A DNA stretch of 63,554 bases, filler included. It is 6 parts of 6 records of this genome, joined end to end, with 100 filler letters (N's around TTAATTAATTAA, not from the genome) between each part and the next. Parts side by side here need not be neighbours in the genome. Positions count along the whole stretch, not along the records: positions 30,435 to 40,194 come from SRR2962707_4432; positions 40,295 to 58,376 come from SRR2962707_4436; 4 more parts are not named here. One strand, 5' to 3'. Below, piece after piece: positions 30,436 through 40,732 of the stretch. The notes beneath the pieces are model-generated. The model saw only the letters and a list, made by a program, of their open reading frames with translations. It ran no database searches and had not been told where the DNA came from. Within the stretch, counting starts at the first letter, position 1, and each line of letters starts with the position of its first letter. Position numbers and translations under genes: made by a program.

Positions 30436-31242
30436 TTGACTCTCTTAATGTTGGCAGGTGTATTTACCTTCAGCGCTACTGCGCAAGAATTTACCGATGG
30501 AGCTGACTCTACAGCAACAGATTCTTCTGCTGTAGTTGACGATGTAGTAGAGGAGCCTGTTGCTCAGGTTGCTGACATTGCAATTCCTGCGGAGCCTGTC
30601 GCTTCAAAAGGATTCCATCAGGTAGTAAAAGAACAATTTATTGATGGTGGGCCAACTTTCATGGGTATTGTGTTAGCATGTTTGATTCTTGGTCTTGCAA
30701 TTGCTATCGAAAGAATTATTCATTTAAACATGGCATCCACAAACACTAAGAAACTATTAGCTGACGTAGAAGATGCACTTAGTGCAGGAGGTGCTGATGC
30801 AGCAAAAGAAGTTTGCAGAAACACAAGAGGTCCTGTTGCTTCTATTTTCGTTCAGGGATTGATGAGAATGTCTGAAGGTGTAGAAATGGTTGAAAAATCA
30901 ATTATTGCTTACGGATCGGTTGAAATGGGTAAGCTTGAAAGAGGAATGATTTGGATTTCACTTTTCATTTCACTAGCTCCAATGTTAGGTTTCATGGGAA
31001 CTGTAATTGGTATGATTGAGGCATTCGATGCGATTGCTGAAGCTGGTGACGTTTCTCCTGCGTTGGTTGCAAGTGGTATTAAAGTGGCACTTTTGACAAC
31101 TGTAGGTGGTCTTATCGTTGCAGTTATTCTTCAACTTTTCTACAACTACCTTGTGTCTAAAGTGGATTCCATCGTTAATAGTATGGAAGATGCTTCAATT
31201 GCATTGGTAGATCTATTAGTGAAGCACAATCTGTCTAAGTAA
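30436..31242 (+). CDS. exbB: MotA/TolQ/ExbB proton channel, probably 5' truncated
   Basis: APMLGFMGTVIGMIEAF, GIKVALLTTVGGL. Confidence 0.88.
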   Translation: MTLLMLAGVFTFSATAQEFTDGADSTATDSSAVVDDVVEEPVAQVADIAIPAEPVASKGFHQVVKEQFIDGGPTFMGIVLACLILGLAIAIERIIHLNMASTNTKKLLADVEDALSAGGADAAKEVCRNTRGPVASIFVQGLMRMSEGVEMVEKSIIAYGSVEMGKLERGMIWISLFISLAPMLGFMGTVIGMIEAFDAIAEAGDVSPALVASGIKVALLTTVGGLIVAVILQLFYNYLVSKVDSIVNSMEDASIALVDLLVKHNLSK

Positions 31243-31263
31243 TCATATAAACCAATTTAGATT

Positions 31264-31566
31264 ATGGTAGACGTAGGATTATTTTTAGCATATATACTTA
31301 TAGGTGTTTGCATACTTACTGCTGTTGGTATGCCACTTGTAAAGGCATTTGGCGATCCTCAATCATTGAAAAAAATGGGGATTGGAGTTGGTGGATTGGT
31401 TGTAGTATTTCTAGTTGCATTTTTCACTTCAAGTGGAGAGGCACAAGGTGATGTTACTGCCAACACAGCAAAATTGGTAGGAGCAGGATTGACGACATTC
31501 TATATTCTTGCTGCTGCAGCTATTGGAGGTATTATTTACACTGAAATCAAAAAAGCAGCTGAATAA
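31264..31566 (+). CDS. Small 3-TM protein within the exbBD operon
   Basis: 100 aa hydrophobic ORF coupled to the next gene. Confidence 0.75.
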   Translation: MVDVGLFLAYILIGVCILTAVGMPLVKAFGDPQSLKKMGIGVGGLVVVFLVAFFTSSGEAQGDVTANTAKLVGAGLTTFYILAAAAIGGIIYTEIKKAAE

Positions 31567-32186
31567 TGGCAAGAAATAAAGATAGAGGCACTCCGGAAGT
31601 GAGCTCGGGCTCCATGGCGGACATTGCCTTCCTTTTGCTTATTTTCTTTCTGGTAACTACCACGATTGCGAATGACAAGGGGATTTTAATGCAGCTGCCT
31701 CCTCCACCGGAAGAAGAGATAGAAATCAAACTTCAGGAAAGAAATATCTTTAAGATTCTAGCTAATTCAAAGGATCAACTGCTTGTTGAAAATGAACCTT
31801 TCAATAAGCCAATGTCGGAATTGAAGCAAATGGTGAAAGATCATATTCTCAATTTCGGAAAGATAACTTCCACTGAAGCAATTGATTTGTACAATAGCTT
31901 ACCTGCTTCCCTCAAATCACAGGCGAAACAGGATCCAAGTTCTTCTGATAGCCCGAAAGATGCCATTGTGTCTTTTAAAGCCAACAGAGGTACAAGCTAT
32001 GAACTGTACATAGATGTATTGGACGCACTTCACGCAGCATACAATGAGATATATGCTGAGAGAGTGGGTATTACCGCTGCTGAGTTTTTAGATCTGGATC
32101 AGAGTGAGGATATAGAGAAGAGAATCTATCAGCAGGCAAGACAAGGAATTCCTAAAGCAATTTCGATTGCAGAACCTGATAAATAG
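31566..32186 (+). CDS. exbD: ExbD/TolR family protein
   Basis: SMADIAFLLLIFFLVTTT. Confidence 0.9.
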   Translation: MARNKDRGTPEVSSGSMADIAFLLLIFFLVTTTIANDKGILMQLPPPPEEEIEIKLQERNIFKILANSKDQLLVENEPFNKPMSELKQMVKDHILNFGKITSTEAIDLYNSLPASLKSQAKQDPSSSDSPKDAIVSFKANRGTSYELYIDVLDALHAAYNEIYAERVGITAAEFLDLDQSEDIEKRIYQQARQGIPKAISIAEPDK

Positions 32187-32192
32187 ATAACT

Positions 32193-32654
32193 ATGTCGAA
32201 GTTTAAGAAAAATTCAAAAGCATCACAGGATATCCCGACGGCAGCATTGCCTGATATAATTTTCATGCTATTATTCTTCTTCATGGTAACAACTGTGATG
32301 AGGGAGCAGGAAATTCTTGTGAAGCAGATTTTGCCTAAAGCAGGTCAGCTTTCGAAAATCCAAAAGAAATCCTTGGTGAGTCATATTTACATTGGTGAGC
32401 CGAAGAACATAGGAACTTATGGAGAGGAACCTAGAATTCAGACAAATGATGTTTTCATGGAGCCAGATGAGCTTACACTTTTTGTAAACCAGGAAAAGGA
32501 TAAGTTGTCTGAAGCTGAGAGAGATAGAATCACCATGGCACTGAATATAGATTCAGAAGTAAAAATGGGTATTGTATCTGATGTTGAACAAACACTACGT
32601 AAATCCAACGCAAGAAAGCTTTTATATAAGTCTTTGAAAGCTGTGGAGGATTAG
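32193..32654 (+). CDS. exbD: ExbD/TolR family protein, second copy
   Basis: LPDIIFMLLFFFMVTT. Confidence 0.9.
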   Translation: MSKFKKNSKASQDIPTAALPDIIFMLLFFFMVTTVMREQEILVKQILPKAGQLSKIQKKSLVSHIYIGEPKNIGTYGEEPRIQTNDVFMEPDELTLFVNQEKDKLSEAERDRITMALNIDSEVKMGIVSDVEQTLRKSNARKLLYKSLKAVED

Positions 32655-32677
32655 TATTATAACTTTTTCAATTAATC

Positions 32678-32706
32678 AAAGCCTGATCAATTGATCAGGC
32701 TTTTTT
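32678..32706. terminator. Bidirectional terminator
   Basis: Perfect 26-bp palindrome AAAGCCTGATCAATTGATCAGGCTTT followed by a T-run. Confidence 0.8.
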
Positions 32707-32707
32707 G

Positions 32708-33064
32708 TTATTCTAGTTGCTTCTTTTTGTCATTGAGCCATCGCTCATATTCTTTCTTGGCATCTTCTAGTGCATTTTCTAACTCCTTCTTAGTTGCTTT
32801 TCTTAACTTATCAGCCTCATCTAAGATCTTTCTTCGCTGTTTTTGGAGTTCTTTAAGCGCTGACTCGACTTCACCTTTTGCGTCCTCAGCAGCTTCTTCG
32901 GACTCTTCTTGAAGGCGTTCAATTTCTTTTTCTAATTCTTCTTTCTGAGCCTCGAAACGTTCGAGTGTATCATCTCGCTCTTTTTCATTGTCGTCACGGT
33001 CTAAAGGATTACAACTGATGATAACCATCGAAAAGATCAAAATGAATGTTAATTTAATAGTCAT
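32708..33064 (-). CDS. Hypothetical coiled-coil lipoprotein
   Basis: IISC lipobox, Glu/Lys-rich helix. Confidence 0.7.
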   Translation of the reverse strand: MTIKLTFILIFSMVIISCNPLDRDDNEKERDDTLERFEAQKEELEKEIERLQEESEEAAEDAKGEVESALKELQKQRRKILDEADKLRKATKKELENALEDAKKEYERWLNDKKKQLE

Positions 33065-33567
33065 GCGCTTACTTTTTTAGGGTTCAGATAAGGACTCCAT
33101 TCTTCACGAAATATATTGTGATTTCTTAGAAAAGTCACATAAGAAGGTTTCACTGGAGGTTTGATAAGCTTCATTCCAACCTTGTCCAAACTGTAATCAC
33201 TCTTTCGAGAATTGCATTTCTTACATGCAGTCACGAGGTTAGTCCAGGTGGATTTACCTCCTTTAGATCTTGGAATAACATGATCTAGGGTCAACTCTTT
33301 GCTTGTTCCACAATATTGACATTTGCCTCCATCTCTCTTAAATATATTGTGTCTACTCATCACCACCCCTTTGTATGGTACATGAACGTATGCTTTAATC
33401 TTAACAACTGATGGGAAAGGAAATGATCTTGATATCGATCTAAGTCTTTTGTCCTTAATCTCAATAACTAGTTCGGCCTTGTTTAAAAAGATGAGCGTGA
33501 AGGCACGCTGAACTGAGCAAACAGTTAGTGGAGTATAATCTTGATTAAGTACTAAGACTGTGCTCAT
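33061..33567 (-). CDS. HNH endonuclease (McrA-like)
   Basis: VLVLNQDY.PL, RD...CQYCG, LTLDHVIPRSKGG, NLVTAC..CN..K. Confidence 0.92.
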   Translation of the reverse strand: MSTVLVLNQDYTPLTVCSVQRAFTLIFLNKAELVIEIKDKRLRSISRSFPFPSVVKIKAYVHVPYKGVVMSRHNIFKRDGGKCQYCGTSKELTLDHVIPRSKGGKSTWTNLVTACKKCNSRKSDYSLDKVGMKLIKPPVKPSYVTFLRNHNIFREEWSPYLNPKKVSA

Positions 33568-34035
33568 TTAGATTCTCATACGTTCTAGTTCACGTTTTTG
33601 ATCTTTCTTTTTAATGTCATCACGCTTGTCATAAATCTTTTTACCTTTTGCCAAAGCTATTTCCAGCTTTGCAAATCCACGACTATTGATGTAAAGACGG
33701 ACAGGTACAATGGTTAATCCTTTTTCTTCAGTTTTTGATTTGAGTTTTTCTATCTCTCTTTTCTTAAGAAGAAGTTTTCTGTCACGGGTCATTTCGTGAC
33801 TCTCAAAACTGGCGTTGGAGTAGGGTGAAATATTCATGCCCTTCACGAAAGCCTCTTCTTTCTTAAGGAAACAATAAGCTTCCTGAATACTAGCTTTTCC
33901 TTCTCGCAGCGCTTTTATTTCAGTCCCTTTTAATACAATACCTGCTTCAAATTTTTCCACAAGCTCATATTCAAAACTGGCTTTTCGATTCTTGATTTGA
34001 ATATTGTTTGAAAACCGCTGCTTATCCTTACTCAT
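33568..34035 (-). CDS. smpB: SsrA-binding protein
   Basis: NRKASFEY, EAGIVLKGTEIK, RKLLL, KGKKIYDKR. Confidence 0.96.
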   Translation of the reverse strand: MSKDKQRFSNNIQIKNRKASFEYELVEKFEAGIVLKGTEIKALREGKASIQEAYCFLKKEEAFVKGMNISPYSNASFESHEMTRDRKLLLKKREIEKLKSKTEEKGLTIVPVRLYINSRGFAKLEIALAKGKKIYDKRDDIKKKDQKRELERMRI

Positions 34036-34058
34036 ACTTAAAAATAGTAACTGTGCAA

Positions 34059-35060
34059 TTAAAATGGCATTCTGGGTAGCGGACTGTCTGTCAGTTTGCC
34101 AAAGAAATCTTTTTCAAAAAGGAGGTGACCACTTATTGCAATCATTCCTGCGTTATCAGTGCAATACTGGAAATCGGGAATAAATACTGACCAGCCACGT
34201 TTTATTGCTTCTTCTTCTAATCGATTTCTCAGTCCGCTATTCGCTGAAACTCCGCCCGCTATTGCGATATTTTTAATTTTCTGATTTTTTGAGGCCTTGA
34301 TAAGCTTTTTCATCAACATATTGATTAGCGTTTGCTGGATACTGGCCGCTAAATCATTGAGGTTCTCAGCTATAAACTTCTTATTTTGTTGTATTTCCTT
34401 TCTTAAAAAATAAAGGATGGAGGTTTTTATACCACTAAATGAATAATCAAAATCAGGAACATCACTCTCAGCAAATTCGAATTTCGATGGGTCACCCTTC
34501 ATAGCAAGCTTATCTATCATTGGTCCACCCGGATAAGGTAAGCCAAGTAGTTTGGCGGCCTTGTCAAAAGCTTCGCCAACTGCATCGTCCTTGGTTTGAC
34601 CAAGAATGAGCATGTCGGTAGGGCTATTCACCCTTAATATCTGCGTATGTCCACCGCTCACTGTCAGACAGAGAAATGGAAACTCTGGCTTTGGTTCCTC
34701 AATAAAATGAGCCAACACATGCGCTCTCATGTGATGAATTGGAATCAAAGGGATATTTAAAGATGCTGCCATGGATTTCGCAAAACTTGAGCCGACAAGA
34801 AGAGCACCAAGCAAACCGGGTCCTCTGGTGTAGGCTATTGCATCAATGTTTGAAATAGAAATATTGGCTTGTTTAAGGACTCTATCAACTACTGGCACGA
34901 TATTTCTGTGATGTTCTCTGGAAGCTAATTCAGGCACTACTCCTCCGTACTGCTCATGAATTGCTTGACTAGCAATCTCATTATTGATTACTTTGCCGTT
35001 AATGCAAATGGATGCAGAAGTTTCATCGCAAGAAGATTCAATTCCCAATATAGCCGCCAT
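34059..35060 (-). CDS. tsaD: tRNA t6A threonylcarbamoyltransferase
   Basis: LGIESSCDET, GGVVPELASR, HHMRAH, VSGGHT, DDAVGEAFDK, CTDNAGMI. Confidence 0.96.
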   Translation of the reverse strand: MAAILGIESSCDETSASICINGKVINNEIASQAIHEQYGGVVPELASREHHRNIVPVVDRVLKQANISISNIDAIAYTRGPGLLGALLVGSSFAKSMAASLNIPLIPIHHMRAHVLAHFIEEPKPEFPFLCLTVSGGHTQILRVNSPTDMLILGQTKDDAVGEAFDKAAKLLGLPYPGGPMIDKLAMKGDPSKFEFAESDVPDFDYSFSGIKTSILYFLRKEIQQNKKFIAENLNDLAASIQQTLINMLMKKLIKASKNQKIKNIAIAGGVSANSGLRNRLEEEAIKRGWSVFIPDFQYCTDNAGMIAISGHLLFEKDFFGKLTDSPLPRMPF

Positions 35061-35069
35061 CAAAATTTT

Positions 35070-38000
35070 TTGTCTGCCAAGTTAACGATATCGAAGATTC
35101 GAAAAGTTCTCTGGAAGCTTTTTTCAGGGCTTTTCTTCTATTTCTCCTGTTTTATACTGGTAGTAATGTTGGTGATTCAGATTAAACCAGTACAAACATA
35201 TCTGGCAAAGAAGGTTTTTAATGCTGTCTCGGAGAAAACTAACCATGAGGTATCCATTGAGAGTGTGCGCATCTCTTGGCTGGATCGTGCTAATATCAGC
35301 AATGTGCTTGTCCGGGATAGGAAGGGAGACACCTTGATTTATGCGAAGGAACTTACTGTGAATTATAGACTGCTGGATTTGGTCAATGGGAACTACATGA
35401 ATGTAGAGGAAATAATCTCGGATCAGATAGTACTTCATTTAATTAAGCATGATGCTAATTCACAACTGAACCTGACCGAGTTTTTGAATGCCTTGAAAAG
35501 TGATTCAATACAAAAGAAAAAGAAACCTATCCAGATCGATTACATTGATTTGACTAATCTCAAATTTAAAATCAATGATAGTACCAAGGTTCCAGTGTTG
35601 CATAGGATGGACTTTGCTAATATTAGGTTTGATGTAGACGCCTTAACCATGGAGAAATTCCAACTCCTGACTGATACCATTCAGGGAAAAATCGTTCAAT
35701 TGTCGGGTCAGGAAAGAATTTCCAGTTTTGAGATAACCAAACTTTTTACAGCATTTCGCCTTACAAATCAATCCCTAAGTATTGATGATCTCGACTTAAG
35801 GACGCCATATAGTCATGTTGCTGATAGTTTGGAATTCTATTACAATGGATTAGACGATTTGAGTCATTTTGTAGATAGTGTTTCGTTTGTCATGCATTTG
35901 GACAACTCCTTGGTCTCAACTAAAGACATTAAGCTAGTCTCCGGAATTGATAAAGTGAAAAATGATATTCAACTAGATGGAATTTTCTGGGGTACGGTAG
36001 GTGATTTTAATATTGAAGATGCAAGGGTTGGAATTGGATCAACCTATTTCAAAGGAGGGGTTAGTTGTTTTGGACTACCAGATATAAGTAAAACCTTCAT
36101 TCTTGCGGATATCACGGATTCACACCTATCTCCTAATGATCTTATTCCATACCTCGGTGATGTCTCTGAAAATTTAAAACGTATGGGCAGAATTGATTTC
36201 AATGGCAGCTTTGCTGGTTTTGTCAAAGATTTTGTTGCAAGAGGCGATTTTTATACCGACCAGGGTTCAGTGCATACGGATATTAATATCAAAATTCCCG
36301 ATGATCCTTCTTTGATGTCCTACAAAGGAAACTTGAGGTTGAAGGAAGTAAATATTGGAGCGTTTCTTAAAAACGAGATTATTCAGAATATCAATCTATT
36401 TGCAACAATAGAGGGGAAAGGGGTTAAACCTGAAAATGCGGACTTTAATTTGAAAGCAGTGATGTATGAAAGTGGGTTGAAGGGTTATGTTTATGATTCT
36501 GTGTCTGTTGACGGTCATTTTTTGAAGAATTTTTTTAGTGGAAAACTCTCGGTAAATGATCCAAATTGTAAATTCAACGGACAAGCTCAAATTGATCTAA
36601 GAAATTCCGAAGAAAAAATAGATGCAAACATATTTCTGAGTAAGATTTATACGGAGAGGTTGTTTCTTACAAAATCTCCGGTCTATGCTCAAGGTCATAT
36701 TGATCTGTCTTTGAGCAATCTGGATGTGGATAATTTTGTTTCCAAATTGATGATTGATTCAAGTTTGTTGAAAATCAATGAGCACGAACTAATTCTTGAT
36801 TCCATACGGTTCGATGCTTCAGTAGCCGATAGTATTAGAACCTTCAGCTATGCTATGCCTGGATTGAAAGGGGAGGTAAAAGGGAAGTTTAATATTTCTG
36901 ATGTGTTAAAGGATGTACCAGCAATGGCTGCCGGCTATTTAAGTACACTACAATTAAGAAACGATACATCGACTATTAGCAATAGTGGTCACGACTACAA
37001 ACTTGATCTTAAGCTGGAAATCGAAGATGTCAATGCTTACCTTGATTCACTTGATTTACCAATTAAGTTTAAAAGCAAAGCGATTATTGAAGGAGCTTTC
37101 AGGCAAAGTCAATATTCCAACTTATCTCTTTATGTTGAAACGGATTCCATTTTGGTTGGTAGAAATAAATTACATAATCCCATTCTAGAGATAAATGGAT
37201 CAAAAGATATCACCAACACAGATGTACTAACAAACTTTATTTTTTCAGCCGATCAATTCATTGTTCCGGGTATGCCTGCAACACAAGACCTTTTGTTAGA
37301 AGGAGTTTGGTTTGATGATATGATTGACTTTACCACAAAGGTCAGGCAAACTGAAACAGCCAGTAATCTTCATCTTGAAAGTAATTTGAAGATTGCCAAG
37401 GATTCGATCGTTCTAAAAATGCTGCCTTCCAATATTCTTCTATTGAATGACAAATGGAAGTTTAATCCTACGAATCAGATTGTTATATATAAGAATAAAT
37501 CAACTATTGAAAATCTGGAAATTTATGATCAAAGCGAATCGTTGAGAGTTAATGGCATTGTTTCCGACAGCATGGAAACATCCATAGATATCATGGTAGA
37601 AGATTTGAATATGAATAAGACAGATCTGTTTACCAATAGTACCATTGAAGGATTTTTAAATGGAAGCTTCAAGGTATTCAGAGATTCCAACGAGGATTCT
37701 TATAAGTTTGACGGAGGTTTTCTTCTTAAGAATTTGACCTATAAAAACCTTCTGATTGGTGATGTTAGTGGGTCTTCAAACTGGGATCCTGTTGCGAAAA
37801 GTATTTACACCAATGTTGGAGTCGAAAGGCAGGATTTTAAATCCATTCAGGTAAATGGGTATTATTATCCAACAAAAGAATTCGATCAGTTGAACTTCGA
37901 TGTTAAGTTTGATCAGGCTGATTTAGCCATGGCTAGCCCTTTTGTTGAAGCCAATTTTTCGAACATTGGAGGGAATGCCAATGGAACTCTGAAAATTACC

Positions 38001-39560
38001 GGTAATCCAAAGTCACCGCAGGTGGTTGGAAATGCAAGTATTCTAGATGGAAGAGTAAGAGTAAACTATCTAAACACCAGTTATACATTTGATGGTAGTG
38101 TCAATTTCAACCCCAAGCAGATTGAATTTATAGGCATTAATTTAATTGACCGAAAAGGTTCAATAGCAGAACTTAGGGGTGAGATTTCCCATAACGCCTT
38201 CAAAAACCTAACTACTAACCTGGTCATCGAGTCAAGTAATTTTGAATTTCTTAACACCACCTCATTAGACAATAAGCTTTATTATGGTTCGGCCTATGGT
38301 ACAGGCGAGATAAAAGTAACAGGTCCTTTTAGCGATCTGCTAATTGAAGCCAAAATCGAAACCAATCAAGATACAAGACTTTTTATACCGGTGACTGAAT
38401 CAACAAGTTCGGGTCAAGAAGAGTACATTCAGTTTGTGGATTTTTCTGATACAACAAGCCAGGTTGTAGAAGAAAATGTCAATATCAAAGGATTGACACT
38501 GGATTTTGATATTGATGTTACTCCTGATGCATATTGTGAATTGATCTTCGATATCAAGACTGGGGATATCATTAGAGGAAGGGGAAGAGGCAATATAAAG
38601 CTAAGATTGAATACAGATGGAGAATTCAACATGGTTGGTCCATTGGAGATTATTGAAGGTGGCTATAATTTCACTTTTTCCAACTTAATAAATAAGGAGT
38701 TTGATGTTGTTCCGGGAAGCACTATCACCTGGTATGGAGATCCTTATAATGCAACCATAAATCTGGAGGCTACTTATTTACAGCGAGCATCACTAGAGCA
38801 ACTCAAGAACCCTGTTGCTCAGGACGAAAACGCCTTGCTAAATAAATTACCATTCCTTGCCGTTTTGGTACTTAATGGAAGCATGCTTTCTCCTGACATT
38901 GATTTTGAAATCAGATTTCAAAATGAGTCTGATGCGTCTTCCCAAAATGCTGCGGAAATAGAGCGAATTAATACAGATGATGAAGAACGAAGGAGGCAGG
39001 TGATTAGTCTTCTATTCTTAAGAAGATTTTCCCCGAGGCAAAGCTTTGCTCTAAGCGGAGGAGGAGGAAGTATTGGTAGTGGTGTGAGTGAATTCTTGTC
39101 CAATCAGTTCAGCTATCTTGTTAGTCAACTTGACGAAAATCTGGAAGTGGAAGTCGATCTTACAGACTTTGATCAAGAGGCATTCAACACCTTTCAGTTA
39201 AGATTGGCCTATACCTTTTTGGGAGGAAGATTGAAAGTAACAAGAGGTGGTGATTTTGGAAGTGAGGAGGATCAAAATCAAAATGTTCTGGATGACATAG
39301 TTGGCGATTGGTCTGTGGAATATAGTCTTACGAAGGACGGTAGATTAAGAGCCAAAGTATTCAGAAACTCTAATCAGCGCCTTATTACAAGTGATCGTCA
39401 GCAGAGCCAGGAAACAGGCGTGAGTTTGAGGTTTGTTCATTCATTCAACGATTTGAAGGATCTGTTGAAATTAAGGCGCGATGAAGGTATTCTGAGAAAA
39501 GAAGACGAGGAGCTAAACAAGGCACCCTCAGGATCGAATTCTGATACCAATACAAACTAA
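35070..39560 (+). CDS. tamB: Translocation/assembly module TamB-domain protein (start uncertain)
   Basis: About 1500 aa, N-terminal TM, beta-rich body, C-terminal GD.IRGRG.G, I.W.GDPYNA, VEYSLTKDGRLR. Confidence 0.85.
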   Translation: MSAKLTISKIRKVLWKLFSGLFFYFSCFILVVMLVIQIKPVQTYLAKKVFNAVSEKTNHEVSIESVRISWLDRANISNVLVRDRKGDTLIYAKELTVNYRLLDLVNGNYMNVEEIISDQIVLHLIKHDANSQLNLTEFLNALKSDSIQKKKKPIQIDYIDLTNLKFKINDSTKVPVLHRMDFANIRFDVDALTMEKFQLLTDTIQGKIVQLSGQERISSFEITKLFTAFRLTNQSLSIDDLDLRTPYSHVADSLEFYYNGLDDLSHFVDSVSFVMHLDNSLVSTKDIKLVSGIDKVKNDIQLDGIFWGTVGDFNIEDARVGIGSTYFKGGVSCFGLPDISKTFILADITDSHLSPNDLIPYLGDVSENLKRMGRIDFNGSFAGFVKDFVARGDFYTDQGSVHTDINIKIPDDPSLMSYKGNLRLKEVNIGAFLKNEIIQNINLFATIEGKGVKPENADFNLKAVMYESGLKGYVYDSVSVDGHFLKNFFSGKLSVNDPNCKFNGQAQIDLRNSEEKIDANIFLSKIYTERLFLTKSPVYAQGHIDLSLSNLDVDNFVSKLMIDSSLLKINEHELILDSIRFDASVADSIRTFSYAMPGLKGEVKGKFNISDVLKDVPAMAAGYLSTLQLRNDTSTISNSGHDYKLDLKLEIEDVNAYLDSLDLPIKFKSKAIIEGAFRQSQYSNLSLYVETDSILVGRNKLHNPILEINGSKDITNTDVLTNFIFSADQFIVPGMPATQDLLLEGVWFDDMIDFTTKVRQTETASNLHLESNLKIAKDSIVLKMLPSNILLLNDKWKFNPTNQIVIYKNKSTIENLEIYDQSESLRVNGIVSDSMETSIDIMVEDLNMNKTDLFTNSTIEGFLNGSFKVFRDSNEDSYKFDGGFLLKNLTYKNLLIGDVSGSSNWDPVAKSIYTNVGVERQDFKSIQVNGYYYPTKEFDQLNFDVKFDQADLAMASPFVEANFSNIGGNANGTLKITGNPKSPQVVGNASILDGRVRVNYLNTSYTFDGSVNFNPKQIEFIGINLIDRKGSIAELRGEISHNAFKNLTTNLVIESSNFEFLNTTSLDNKLYYGSAYGTGEIKVTGPFSDLLIEAKIETNQDTRLFIPVTESTSSGQEEYIQFVDFSDTTSQVVEENVNIKGLTLDFDIDVTPDAYCELIFDIKTGDIIRGRGRGNIKLRLNTDGEFNMVGPLEIIEGGYNFTFSNLINKEFDVVPGSTITWYGDPYNATINLEATYLQRASLEQLKNPVAQDENALLNKLPFLAVLVLNGSMLSPDIDFEIRFQNESDASSQNAAEIERINTDDEERRRQVISLLFLRRFSPRQSFALSGGGGSIGSGVSEFLSNQFSYLVSQLDENLEVEVDLTDFDQEAFNTFQLRLAYTFLGGRLKVTRGGDFGSEEDQNQNVLDDIVGDWSVEYSLTKDGRLRAKVFRNSNQRLITSDRQQSQETGVSLRFVHSFNDLKDLLKLRRDEGILRKEDEELNKAPSGSNSDTNTN

Positions 39561-39609
39561 TCATTGAGGACTTATTGATTATCTTACAATAAACACAACA
39601 TGAATAATC

Positions 39610-40008
39610 ATGGACTTTAAGAATTTTTGTAAAAAATATGCCGATGAAATAAATGGGGAATATCGTGACTATGATGATTCTCAATCGGTCATTATTGTGC
39701 CACTTGCTGATGGTAGATTCCAGACCATAACTGGTCATATAACTCACAATGAAGACTATGGGAGGGATGTTGTGCAGTTAAAGACTAAAGTCTGTCATCT
39801 TTCAGAAGAAATTCCTTATAAGGAATTATTAGCTGAGAGTGCGAGCTATCCTTATTCTAAATTTATAGTTGAGGATGGTTTTCTGCAAGTTGAAGCTATC
39901 AACTTCCTTGTTAATCTCAATGACCAGATGATCAAGGAAATGTTCATGGAAATAGCCGGCCATGCTGATAGCTGGGAATTTAGAATTACCGGTAAAGACA
40001 TTCATTAA
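39610..40008 (+). CDS. Hypothetical protein, possibly YbjN/T3S-chaperone-like fold
   Basis: 132 aa acidic ORF ending EIAGHADSWEF..TGKD. Confidence 0.6.
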   Translation: MDFKNFCKKYADEINGEYRDYDDSQSVIIVPLADGRFQTITGHITHNEDYGRDVVQLKTKVCHLSEEIPYKELLAESASYPYSKFIVEDGFLQVEAINFLVNLNDQMIKEMFMEIAGHADSWEFRITGKDIH

Positions 40009-40016
40009 TATTTTTG
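40009..40016 (+). promoter_or_regulatory. Bacteroidota -7 promoter element for rnpB
   Basis: TATTTTTG fits TAnnTTTG just upstream of rnpB. Confidence 0.55.
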
Positions 40017-40020
40017 CATT

Positions 40021-40194
40021 GCAAGCCGACCCATCGTTCCTGCAATTGTAGGAAAGGAAAGTCCGGGCAGCATAGAGTAGCGTACTTCTGAACAGGGAGC
40101 GTTCCGGTGATTCGGAATAGAGACAGTGCCGCAGAAAACAAACTACCCATCCCGAATTTTCGGAATGGGAAAAGGTGAAAAGGTGAGGTAAGAG
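40021..40194 (+). ncRNA. rnpB: RNase P RNA (type A), 5' part
   Basis: AGGAAAGTCCGGGC, AGTGCCGCAGAAA, GGTGAAAAGGTGAGGTAAGAG conserved blocks. Confidence 0.93.
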
Positions 40195-40294
40195 NNNNNN
40201 NNNNNNNNNNNNNNNNNNNNNNNNNNNNNNNNNNNNNNTTAATTAATTAANNNNNNNNNNNNNNNNNNNNNNNNNNNNNNNNNNNNNNNNNNNN
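40195..40294. other. Artificial contig spacer
   Basis: N44-TTAATTAATTAA-N44. Confidence 0.98.
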
Positions 40295-40563
40295 TCAATC
40301 GGAATGCCGCGCCCGTTGTCGCGCACGGTGACATGGCCGTTCTCGTGCAGCTCAAGTTCGATCCAGGTGGCGTGGCCTGCAACGGCTTCGTCCATCGAGT
40401 TATCGACGATTTCAGCAACCATGTGATGCAATGCGCGGTCGTCCTTGCCCCCGATATACATACCCGGGCGCAGGCGGACGTGCTCCATATCCTCGAGCAC
40501 CTCGATGGATGAAGCATCATATTCCTTGGCCGTGGGCTGCGCACCGGAAAGAAGATCGGACAT
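40295..40563 (-). CDS. parE: DNA topoisomerase IV subunit B, N-terminal part only
   Basis: YDASSIEVLEDMEHVRLRPGMYIGG.DDRALHH...DNSMDEAVAGHA. Confidence 0.88.
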
Positions 40564-40732
40564 AAGGGGGGCCTGCCTGTCTATTGCTTTTGTTAGGGTC
40601 CTACTATGCCAGAGCCCGCAAGGCGGGGGAAGGGTGGATGATGTCGCGGTTATGCGTTTTCCGGCCTTGTGGCACAGGTTTTGGTGGGCTGATAAGGCGC
40701 GCAGGGAATGGTGGTCTGACTTGCAACCGGTT

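Noticed and set aside
33061-33567. HNH gene as a homing or mobile element
   Set aside because: No intron or IS context; it looks like an ordinary McrA-like gene coupled to smpB
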